DNA from: a virus
Taxonomy: Duplodnaviria > Heunggongvirae > Uroviricota > Caudoviricetes
Length of the DNA stretch: 64,000 nucleotides
Virus record (IMG/VR): IMGVR_UViG_3300008262_003982
Strand: one strand, 5' to 3'
Shown: positions 37,720-45,749 of the stretch, piece after piece
Layout of the letters: the number at the start of each line of letters is the position of its first letter
How positions within the stretch are numbered: the stretch's first letter is position 1
Translations under genes and position numbers: made by a program
The notes under the pieces: model-generated
The model's input: the letters and a program-made list of their open reading frames with translations, nothing else
Told to the model about the DNA's origin: nothing
Databases searched by the model: none

Positions 37720-38190
37720 ATGTGGATTTTACATTTTCTTCCTGATGCCTTGATCTTATGGTTTTGTAACATCCTGTTATTAGCGGGCCTTGTGCTTACT
37801 GTAGCAGGATTTTTTGCGCATCGTATTCCTCTAGTGTGGCAATATCAGTTGCCCTTTAAAGTCCTGGGCATTGCACTTTTGGTGCTAGGAGTTTACTTTC
37901 GCGGCGGATACGCAGTGGAAGCAGAATGGCGCGAGCGTGTGGCTGAAGTGGAACAAAAACTAAAGATTGCTGAAGCTGAAAGCGCACGGGAAAATGTAAA
38001 GATTGTGGAACGAGTTGTGAAGAAAACTGAATACATCACTCGTAGAGGTCAAGACATCATACAGTATATTGACAGAGAAATAGTCAAGTACGATGTAAAA
38101 TTTGCACCTGGTGGACAGTGTGAAATTCCTCGAGAATTCATTACCACTATAAATCGTGCAGCGGAGGCACCAAAAAATGAAACTAAATGA
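37720..38190 (+). CDS. putative inner-membrane spanin (Rz-like)
   Basis: Two N-terminal TMs, coiled coil (AEWRERVAEVEQKL...) and one C-terminal Cys. Confidence 0.6.
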   Translation: MWILHFLPDALILWFCNILLLAGLVLTVAGFFAHRIPLVWQYQLPFKVLGIALLVLGVYFRGGYAVEAEWRERVAEVEQKLKIAEAESARENVKIVERVVKKTEYITRRGQDIIQYIDREIVKYDVKFAPGGQCEIPREFITTINRAAEAPKNETK

Positions 38191-39568
38191 CGTAATACTA
38201 GAAGCAGCGTCGCCTGCTCAACAGGCAGCCATTGCTATTGCTAAAAAGAAAAAGGCCGGCATGGTCAAAGAACAACAGCTTGATGAATTTGCGCCGTTGT
38301 TGGCAGCAGGTGCAAGACTGTTCATGGCTGCTGCCCCAAAAATAGCACAGGTTCTTGGCCAAGCAGGACAAGCAGGAGCTCGCGGTGCAGGTCAGGCTGC
38401 TCGAGCTGGCACAGAAATTGCAGCCAAGAATGCTGGAAAAATTGGCATGGGTGCTGGTGCTTACGAAATTGGATCTTCTGTGGCAGACATTGCCAAAGAT
38501 ATTGCTGCCAAGGTGGGCACGGCCATTGACGAGAAAACATTGCTTGACCTGTCTGCTTTGGCTTTTAAATATGCCATCCCTGCTGGCATTGTGTTGGCTG
38601 TGTTGTATGGCGGCAAAAAAGCCATAGACTCCTTGTTTGACGAGCCCAAAGATCAGCAAGGTGTGGCGGAAGGCAAAGCTGATTACAACTTTGATATTGA
38701 GGATCTAAAACGTCTTGAACAAATCAGAGACTTGTCCACGTTGAAAGCACAGGCACTGGCATTGATCAGCAAGCCCAGTGCCAAGCCAATGAAACCAGAA
38801 AAAGTTGAATGGTTTAAAAATGCCCTGGAAAGAATGAACAGCCCTTTAAAAGTAATCAAACTCATGTATGATTTGTTGCTGAGTGGCGAAGGTAATGCTG
38901 TAGTTGGTTCTAGATCGTCAATGAATCCCAACAGTTATCGTCAGCGATTTAGTGAGCAAGGTGTAGCGGAAGACTACAATGGCGAGTATGACGACGAAGC
39001 AGGCATGGCCGACAACAACTTAGAAACGCTACAACGTGCTGTAGAAGGTATTGACGATCTAATTCAATCAGGTGATAACTTGCCTGAATGGTGTCAAGAA
39101 AAGATTGCTGTGGCCAAGTCAATGCTGGTTGCTGTGTGGGACTATATGTATTCAGAGGAAGCGTCAGACGAAGTGGATCCCGAAGTGGATGAAATGTTTG
39201 AAGCCATGCAAGAGTTGGTAGCAGAAATGGCTGTGAAAAATCGTGTGAGCGAAGATCTAGTGTGGGAACAGTTTGAAGCCATGCCGGACAATGTGCTGTA
39301 TGAAACAGCCGCCTGGCGACGTAAAGAAGGCAAGAGCAAAAAAGGCGGATTAAACGCCAAAGGTGTGGCATCATATCGTAGAGAAAATCCTGGATCAAAA
39401 TTGCAAATGGCCGTGACCACCAAGCCTTCAAAACTAAAGAAAGGCTCTAAGGCAGCAAAAAGACGCAAATCATTCTGCGCCAGAATGTCAGGCGTTAAAG
39501 GCCCAATGAAAAAACCCAACGGCAAACCCACACGCAAGGCTCTAGCATTGAGAAAATGGAACTGCTGA
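38177..39568 (+). CDS. mosaic late protein, putative head-internal polyprotein, with basic C-terminal module
   Basis: Leader MKLNDVILE|A; two QGVAE linkers; C-terminal AAWRRKEGK..GGLNAKG..SFCARM module recalled from cyanomyophages. Confidence 0.8.
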   Translation: MKLNDVILEAASPAQQAAIAIAKKKKAGMVKEQQLDEFAPLLAAGARLFMAAAPKIAQVLGQAGQAGARGAGQAARAGTEIAAKNAGKIGMGAGAYEIGSSVADIAKDIAAKVGTAIDEKTLLDLSALAFKYAIPAGIVLAVLYGGKKAIDSLFDEPKDQQGVAEGKADYNFDIEDLKRLEQIRDLSTLKAQALALISKPSAKPMKPEKVEWFKNALERMNSPLKVIKLMYDLLLSGEGNAVVGSRSSMNPNSYRQRFSEQGVAEDYNGEYDDEAGMADNNLETLQRAVEGIDDLIQSGDNLPEWCQEKIAVAKSMLVAVWDYMYSEEASDEVDPEVDEMFEAMQELVAEMAVKNRVSEDLVWEQFEAMPDNVLYETAAWRRKEGKSKKGGLNAKGVASYRRENPGSKLQMAVTTKPSKLKKGSKAAKRRKSFCARMSGVKGPMKKPNGKPTRKALALRKWNC

Positions 39569-39569
39569 C

Positions 39570-39878
39570 ATGAAAAATCAACAGGATCAACAACTTGTTT
39601 CCAGTTTGATTATATTTGCAATTGTTGTGATGCTGATGTTGGCCATCACTGGGTGCAGCACTGTGGTGCCTGTTGTGGCCAAGTTTCCAGATGCACCCGG
39701 ACGATCAGCCATGGTGCCGTGCCCACAACTGGAACAGATTCCAGGTGAAGCTCGACTCAGTGACGTTGGTCGAACTGTGGTACAAAACTACACCACTTAC
39801 TATGCTTGTGCTGTGAAAGCAGATGCTTGGATTGAGTGGTACTCAGTACAGAAAAAAATATTTGAAGGTGCAAAATGA
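39570..39878 (+). CDS. putative outer-membrane spanin lipoprotein (Rz1-like)
   Basis: Lipobox ITG|C; Pro-rich FPDAP...PCPQL; adjacent to the endolysin. Confidence 0.65.
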   Translation: MKNQQDQQLVSSLIIFAIVVMLMLAITGCSTVVPVVAKFPDAPGRSAMVPCPQLEQIPGEARLSDVGRTVVQNYTTYYACAVKADAWIEWYSVQKKIFEGAK

Positions 39879-40489
39879 GCATACTATCCGTACAACAACT
39901 AAAACAAATGGTAAAGAATCCCCACATTGATCACTGGCACGAAGCCCTAGATCAACTGTTAGATGACTACGGCATTGACACACCCCTACGTGTGGCACAT
40001 TTTGTTGCACAATGCGCTCATGAGTCAGGAAATTTTATTTTCATCAAAGAAAATCTCAACTACAAAGCCGCAAGCCTACAAAAAGTTTTCCCCAAGTATT
40101 TCCCCACAGCTGAATTGGCTGCACAGTATGCCAACCGGCCTGAACGTATTGCCAACAGAGTCTATGCCAATAGAATGGGCAACGGCGACGAAGCATCAGG
40201 CGATGGCTGGCGCTATTGTGGTCGTGGGCTAATACAGTTGACAGGCAAGGACAACTACACATTCTTTGCAGGCAGCCTGAGTATTTCTGAAGCCGAAGCC
40301 GCAGAATATCTAGCCACTTTTGAAGGTGCCGCACAGTCAGCTTGTTGGTACTGGGAACAGAACAATCTAAATAGATTTGCAGATGCCAATGACGCAAAAG
40401 GTCTAACACGGGCCATCAACGGTGGCTACATTGGTCTTGAGGATCGCATCAAACACACTGAACATGCACTGCATGTGTTGGGAGCCTAA
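39875..40489 (+). CDS. endolysin, glycoside hydrolase family 19
   Basis: AHFVAQCAHESG.F...ENLNY, YCGRGLIQLTGKDNY and INGGYIGLEDR. Confidence 0.92.
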   Translation: MSILSVQQLKQMVKNPHIDHWHEALDQLLDDYGIDTPLRVAHFVAQCAHESGNFIFIKENLNYKAASLQKVFPKYFPTAELAAQYANRPERIANRVYANRMGNGDEASGDGWRYCGRGLIQLTGKDNYTFFAGSLSISEAEAAEYLATFEGAAQSACWYWEQNNLNRFADANDAKGLTRAINGGYIGLEDRIKHTEHALHVLGA

Positions 40490-40651
40490 ATGCCATTAGC
40501 AATTGGTGGGGGCATATCCATTGGTGGGGGCATAAGTGTTGCAGTTGCACCGCCCACACCTTCGGCCACATCCATTACCACAGAGTCGGATGATCCCATC
40601 ACAACAGAATTGGCAAACTCGCCGCCCAGCGACGAGATTATTACAGAATAA
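40490..40651 (+). CDS. small protein with IGxGIxIG leader and acidic tail (missed by ORF track)
   Basis: MPLAIGGGISIGGGISVAVAPPTPSATSITTESDDPITTE... Confidence 0.7.
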   Translation: MPLAIGGGISIGGGISVAVAPPTPSATSITTESDDPITTELANSPPSDEIITE

Positions 40652-40660
40652 GGAAAGCAC

Positions 40661-41407
40661 ATGCCCATTAAAATATCACAACTAACTTCACTAGCCGCAA
40701 TGACTGATGCAGCCATTGTGCCAGTGGTCAGCAGTGGAGTTACCTATCAAATTTCAGGCAGCAACTTGAAAACATATTTTTCTTCTGTGACCGGCAACAT
40801 CACAGGCGGCAACTTGAACACAGGCGGCTTGGTTACAGCCACAGGCAACGTGAACACAGCATCAGGCGTGTTGGCCACTGGCAATGTGCGTGGTGGCAAC
40901 GTAACGTCTGTGGCCCTGGTACAAGGCGCCACAGTGAGTGCCACAGGTAATGTACAAGCTGGCAACCTCAACACCACAGGATTGATTTCTGCTACAGGAA
41001 CCATCACATCTGGCGCTAATATCATTGGTAGTTTCTTTGTGGGCAATGGATCACAGTTGACTGGAATTTCAGGTGGAGTGGCATCACTCAGCGGCAACTT
41101 GTCCGGCAACCTAGTAGGTAATGGATTTGGAGCAGATGCATTTAGTTTTGTCAGCGTTACTGGCAACGTAACAGCCGCAAACTTTATAGGTGGCGGCGCA
41201 GGCACACCCACACTGAGTTCAGCCACAAACTTGGATCTGTCAGCTGTGTCAGCAGTTAGAGTAGTTGGCGGTGGCACGTTCCGACTGCCTAGTTTAACCA
41301 CAGCACAAATTGCCAACACAATTGCAGCCAATGGTGACATGATTTACAACTCATCTACTAACAAGTTTCAGGGTTACGAAAATGGTGCCTGGGCCAATTT
41401 AATTTAA
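40661..41407 (+). CDS. short tail-fibre-like protein with TGNITGGN repeats
   Basis: MPIKISQLT N-terminus; C-terminal GDMIYNSSTNKFQGY. Confidence 0.8.
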   Translation: MPIKISQLTSLAAMTDAAIVPVVSSGVTYQISGSNLKTYFSSVTGNITGGNLNTGGLVTATGNVNTASGVLATGNVRGGNVTSVALVQGATVSATGNVQAGNLNTTGLISATGTITSGANIIGSFFVGNGSQLTGISGGVASLSGNLSGNLVGNGFGADAFSFVSVTGNVTAANFIGGGAGTPTLSSATNLDLSAVSAVRVVGGGTFRLPSLTTAQIANTIAANGDMIYNSSTNKFQGYENGAWANLI

Positions 41408-41408
41408 T

Positions 41409-42956
41409 ATGACCACATATAACGTAGCATTAAATGAAGGTGTTGATTATGATGCTTTCTGGCAGGAAATAGAAACTGACGGATCAGGCAGCGTCTACGT
41501 GCCCCAACGCGGGGTGGCAATTGTGAATGAACGTCCCACCAGTCTACGCCAGTGTTGGTATGAGTTAACTGATGACGAAGCAGACAAACTGCGTCAAGAC
41601 CCCAGAGTGTATTGTGTGGAGATACCGCCTGAGCAACGAACAGATATTGAAATCCACAACAATGCCTCACAAACTGGCTTGTATTACAAAAGTCCCGGCA
41701 CCAATCCTGCCAACAATCTTGGAATCAATTGGGGGTTGTTTAGACTGAATTCAACCACAATGAACACTCCTGGTTCATCAGGTACATTGACCTACAACTA
41801 TCCCTTGGACGGCACTGGAGTAGACTTTGTGGTACAAGACTCAGGACTGCAAGTTGACCATCCTGAGTTTACGGATGCAGCTGGCGTGACTAGAGTACAA
41901 CAAATTGACTGGTACACAGCGTCAGGTATTGCAGGTACCATGCCTGCTAATTTCTACACCGACTATGACGGACATGGCACACACTGTTGTGGCATTGCCG
42001 CGGGCAAAACATACGGTCGTGCTAAAAATGCTAGAATTTACTGTATGACTGTGAGTGGACTCAACGTGGCACCCACCAATGGTATATCAACCACAGATGT
42101 GTTTGACTGCATCAAAGGGTGGCACAACAACAAAACTGTGGACCCCGCCACAGGATACAAACGACCCACAGTTGTAAACATGAGCTGGAGTTACATCAAC
42201 ACGTTCACCAGTATCAATGGTGGCATTTATCGTGGAACGCCCTGGAGTGGGTCTGCCAAACAAGCTACATTTGGTATGATTGGCAGTGCATCCAATCGCT
42301 TTGGTGTAAGAGTAGACAGTGTGGATGTGGATGTGGCCGAATTGCTGGCAGCAGGTGTGGTGTTAGTGGGCGCAGCCGGCAATTACTATCAAACTTTAGA
42401 TGTGCCAGGCGGCCCTGATTACGATAACTTTTTTTATCAAACAAGCACTCCTAGGTATTACATGCGCGGCGGATCACCGGCCAGTGCTGATGGAGTGATC
42501 TGTGTGGGCAACGTCAGCACTGGATATGACAATCCTGAACACAAAAGTGGCTCTAGTGAATCTGGGCCCAGGGTGGATATTTATGCACCTGGCACAAACA
42601 TTGTGAGTACCACCAGTACCAGCAATGCATTTGGTGCTACCACACCATATCCATTCAATGCCAGCTACTTGATAATGAGTATTTCAGGCACGTCAATGGC
42701 CAGTCCCAATGTCGCTGGCCTGGCTGCTCAACTGCTACAAGTTTACCCCACAGCTACCCCAGCACAGATACGAGCCAAGGTCATTGCTATGAGCACTCCC
42801 AACATGCTGTATGACACAGGATCGCAAACTGACTACAGCAATGAAGAAATTCTGCACGGTGGACCCAATAGATTTGCCTATCAGGCATTTAACACAACCA
42901 GCGGCGGCAACATAAGCGGCCCAGTGTCAGTAAGTAACACAAGCATGAGGACATGA
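41409..42956 (+). CDS. subtilisin-like serine protease (S8) with prodomain
   Basis: VDFVVQDSG (Asp), DGHGTHCCG (His), AAGN and SGTSMASPNVAG (Ser). Confidence 0.93.
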   Translation: MTTYNVALNEGVDYDAFWQEIETDGSGSVYVPQRGVAIVNERPTSLRQCWYELTDDEADKLRQDPRVYCVEIPPEQRTDIEIHNNASQTGLYYKSPGTNPANNLGINWGLFRLNSTTMNTPGSSGTLTYNYPLDGTGVDFVVQDSGLQVDHPEFTDAAGVTRVQQIDWYTASGIAGTMPANFYTDYDGHGTHCCGIAAGKTYGRAKNARIYCMTVSGLNVAPTNGISTTDVFDCIKGWHNNKTVDPATGYKRPTVVNMSWSYINTFTSINGGIYRGTPWSGSAKQATFGMIGSASNRFGVRVDSVDVDVAELLAAGVVLVGAAGNYYQTLDVPGGPDYDNFFYQTSTPRYYMRGGSPASADGVICVGNVSTGYDNPEHKSGSSESGPRVDIYAPGTNIVSTTSTSNAFGATTPYPFNASYLIMSISGTSMASPNVAGLAAQLLQVYPTATPAQIRAKVIAMSTPNMLYDTGSQTDYSNEEILHGGPNRFAYQAFNTTSGGNISGPVSVSNTSMRT

Positions 42957-42957
42957 T

Positions 42958-43686
42958 ATGCCAATAGTAATAGGACCCGGAATTGAAATAGGACCAGGAG
43001 TCACTGCTGGTGGTGGGTTTGCGCCAACAGTGAGTTTGATTTATGATTTAGATGCAGCCAATTACTCAGCTGTGCCCACCAACGGATCAGTCACAGAAGG
43101 AACAGGTACCACAGGAGAACGCACACTAACAGTGGCCAATGCAGGCGGCAGTATTAGCTGGCAAGCTGACAATGGTGGGTTGTTCAGAAAATCTAACGCC
43201 ACTGGAACTGACAGTATCCGCGGCGGTCCCAACTGGAGTACTGGTCAGAGTTATTCAGTGTTTGCAACCTACAAGTTGTCGGTCACAAGTTCTGGTAGAT
43301 TGTTAAACACACAAAGTGAAGCCACTAGAGACTGGATGATGGGTGCCTACAATGGTTTTGTAAATGCATTCTATCCCAACTATGCAGTTAACTTGCCCAG
43401 CTCAGGAACAAATGCTGTGTGGAACTTTATATGGGGTACTTGGAACGCCAGCACCGGCCTAGGCCAAGTGTACACAGCAACAAGTGCTCAACCAACTACC
43501 ACTTCTTTTACAGCCACTAATCTAGGCAGCGGCGGCGGCCCCAATCAAATAAGATTATTCAGTCGTTCAGCAGGCACCGAAGTGCAAACTGGCGACATAG
43601 GATTTGTCAAGGCCTACAACGGAATATTAACGCTGGGAGACGTACAAGGTTTGTACGCTCAATACAAAACAAGATTTGGATATTAA
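42958..43686 (+). CDS. ConA/LamG-like lectin-fold virion protein with IGPGIEIG leader
   Basis: YDLDAANY...YSVFATY...GFVKAYNGILT.GDV..LY. Confidence 0.75.
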   Translation: MPIVIGPGIEIGPGVTAGGGFAPTVSLIYDLDAANYSAVPTNGSVTEGTGTTGERTLTVANAGGSISWQADNGGLFRKSNATGTDSIRGGPNWSTGQSYSVFATYKLSVTSSGRLLNTQSEATRDWMMGAYNGFVNAFYPNYAVNLPSSGTNAVWNFIWGTWNASTGLGQVYTATSAQPTTTSFTATNLGSGGGPNQIRLFSRSAGTEVQTGDIGFVKAYNGILTLGDVQGLYAQYKTRFGY

Positions 43687-43689
43687 TAT

Positions 43690-44004
43690 ATGGCAATGAT
43701 AATAGGTTCAGGTATTACTTTAGGCACAGGTCTTCAACTAACCAGCGGAGCCGCACCACCTCCGCCTCCATTGGTCATTCCCACCAGCGATACAGGTGGG
43801 GTAACAGGGTGGAATCCTCAAGCCGCAGGAATACCATACAGTGCCACAGTGATTGCCACATATCCAGTGGGTAGTACAATCACTTTTCAGGACAGCACCA
43901 CAGCAACTATTACGCAGTGGGATGACTATGGTCCTACTTACATTGACATTTTTTGGGATACGCCTAAGGTTGGCACAATATTCCCAATCACACTATCAAC
44001 TTAA
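43690..44004 (+). CDS. small virion-type protein with IGSGITLG leader
   Basis: ORF in the structural run. Confidence 0.7.
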   Translation: MAMIIGSGITLGTGLQLTSGAAPPPPPLVIPTSDTGGVTGWNPQAAGIPYSATVIATYPVGSTITFQDSTTATITQWDDYGPTYIDIFWDTPKVGTIFPITLST

Positions 44005-44016
44005 TAAGGAAACAAC

Positions 44017-44553
44017 ATGACAACAAAAATGTCAGAATCAGAAAAGAAAAAAGAAGACTGGATGAACTCAAAATGGCGGCCCATGATGGGTTGGTCATAC
44101 ATGCTGACCTGCATTGCAGATTTTGTGATATTTCCAGTGTTGTGGTCTATACTACAAAGCCTTTCAAAAGGTCAAGTCAACGTGCAGTGGCAACCTATCA
44201 CCTTGCAAGGTGCAGGCCTGTATCACATTGCCATGGGTGCTGTGCTGGGTATTGCGGCTTATGGTCGCACACAAGAAAAACTAGGAGGAGCCAACAATGG
44301 CGGAATCAACTTACCATCAAATGTCGGTACAACATATACGCCTCCGGGATCAGTACAACAGCCAGCCGCACCCGGTGGTTTTGGTGCACCAACCACAAAC
44401 ACCTGGGGCTCACAACCCCTGGGAGGCGGAAGCGCATTTGGAGGCGCACCTGCAACAGGCTTTGGAGCACCAGCGGCTGGATTTACTGAAGTAACCATTG
44501 GGTTTGGTGGTAAAAAAGCTCCGCCAGCCATAACTGACTATCCAGAACGATAA
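44017..44553 (+). CDS. putative holin (GTA 3TM-holin-like) with FG-rich tail
   Basis: WMNSKWRPMMGW...AMGAVLGIAAYGRTQEKL. Confidence 0.7.
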   Translation: MTTKMSESEKKKEDWMNSKWRPMMGWSYMLTCIADFVIFPVLWSILQSLSKGQVNVQWQPITLQGAGLYHIAMGAVLGIAAYGRTQEKLGGANNGGINLPSNVGTTYTPPGSVQQPAAPGGFGAPTTNTWGSQPLGGGSAFGGAPATGFGAPAAGFTEVTIGFGGKKAPPAITDYPER

Positions 44554-44574
44554 TAACTAAAAAGGAAAATCAAA

Positions 44575-44781
44575 ATGAAAAATATTATATTTGTAGCAGG
44601 ATTAATTCTTAGTTTGCCAGCAATTGCTGACGAAGCCAAAGAAACCAAACGAGTCTGCGTTGACGTAAAGAAAGACGGCAAGGAAGTAAAAGATCCCAAA
44701 ACAGGCAAGACCAAGCAAAGCTGTAAAGAAGTCAAACAGCACAAAAAACTAGATGGCACCAAAGTGCCGGAGAAAAAGTAA
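44575..44781 (+). CDS. small secreted protein
   Basis: Signal peptide MKNIIFVAGLILSLPAIA; two Cys; Lys-rich. Confidence 0.75.
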   Translation: MKNIIFVAGLILSLPAIADEAKETKRVCVDVKKDGKEVKDPKTGKTKQSCKEVKQHKKLDGTKVPEKK

Positions 44782-44858
44782 TGGAATGGTTATTGTTTGT
44801 TGTGGTGGCTGCTGGCATTGGCTGGTGGTGCTGGGACTACTACAATAAGTTTCGTTAA
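44781..44858 (+). CDS. 25-aa single-TM peptide
   Basis: MEWLLFVVVAAGIGWWCWDYYNKFR; TAATG overlap with the upstream stop. Confidence 0.45.
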   Translation: MEWLLFVVVAAGIGWWCWDYYNKFR

Positions 44859-44859
44859 T

Positions 44860-44888
44860 TTGACAACCAGTACCGGGCCCTGTATAAT
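44860..44888 (+). promoter_or_regulatory. sigma70 promoter for dnaJ
   Basis: TTGACA-17-TATAAT. Confidence 0.8.
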
Positions 44889-44908
44889 TAAACATACAGG
44901 GCCTTTTT
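44876..44908 (+). terminator. rho-independent terminator overlapping the dnaJ promoter -10
   Basis: Perfect 10-bp stem GGCCCTGTAT/ATACAGGGCC followed by TTTTT. Confidence 0.7.
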
Positions 44909-44909
44909 C

Positions 44910-45686
44910 ATGACCGATCACTATGCAACACTAGGTGTTGCTCGAACTGCCACACAAGACGAAATCAAACGAGCTTTCCGTCGGCTGGCCAGCCAGCATC
45001 ATCCGGACAAGGGCGGCGATACAGCCAAGTTCCAAGAGATACAAGCAGCCTACGACACTCTAGGCGACGAAGCCAAACGAGCTGAGTACAACAATCCACG
45101 CCCACAGTTTGGGGGATTCCCCAACGGCACACACTTCAACATGAATGATATTTTTTCAAGCATGTTTGGACAGAACTTTGCGCAACAGCAAGCTCGTAGA
45201 GGTCATGTGAGAATGAGTCTCTGGATCAGTCTTGCTGACGTTGCAACTGGTGGACAGCGCACAGTGACCATTGGTACACAGCAAGGTGCCCAAGCAGTTG
45301 AAATTGAAGTACCGCGTGGCATTGACGACGGAGACAATGTGCAATACCAAGGCCTGGGCCCAGGTGGCGCAGATCTAGTGGTGCAGTATCGAGTGCAACC
45401 AGATCCAAACTGGGAACGGCAAGGACTAAACTTGATTACCAATCGCAAAATCAATGTGTTTGATTTGATATTGGGTGCGGACATTCGAGTTAGAGATTTG
45501 CTAGGCAATGAATTGTCTATGACTGTGCCGTCGGGCACTCAACCGGGCACACTGCTAAGACTCAAAGGTCGTGGTCTGCCCAATCGTCAAGGTCAGCAGG
45601 GCGATGCGTTTGTTCGCATATCAACCGAATTGCCCATACACATTGCCCCAGAAATTCGTGAAGCTATCCAAAAGCATCACAAATAA
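44910..45686 (+). CDS. dnaJ: DnaJ/CbpA-like co-chaperone (no Zn finger)
   Basis: J domain with HPD, G/F region and C-terminal domain (GTQPGT.LRLKGRG). Confidence 0.92.
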   Translation: MTDHYATLGVARTATQDEIKRAFRRLASQHHPDKGGDTAKFQEIQAAYDTLGDEAKRAEYNNPRPQFGGFPNGTHFNMNDIFSSMFGQNFAQQQARRGHVRMSLWISLADVATGGQRTVTIGTQQGAQAVEIEVPRGIDDGDNVQYQGLGPGGADLVVQYRVQPDPNWERQGLNLITNRKINVFDLILGADIRVRDLLGNELSMTVPSGTQPGTLLRLKGRGLPNRQGQQGDAFVRISTELPIHIAPEIREAIQKHHK

Positions 45687-45698
45687 ATATTTTGAGTA

Positions 45699-45727
45699 TT
45701 GCATTACTCACAACAATGTGCTACAAT
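45699..45727 (+). promoter_or_regulatory. sigma70-like promoter for clpA
   Basis: TTGCAT-17-TACAAT with TG extension. Confidence 0.6.
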
Positions 45728-45749
45728 ACACAAGGTAACAACTTAACTC

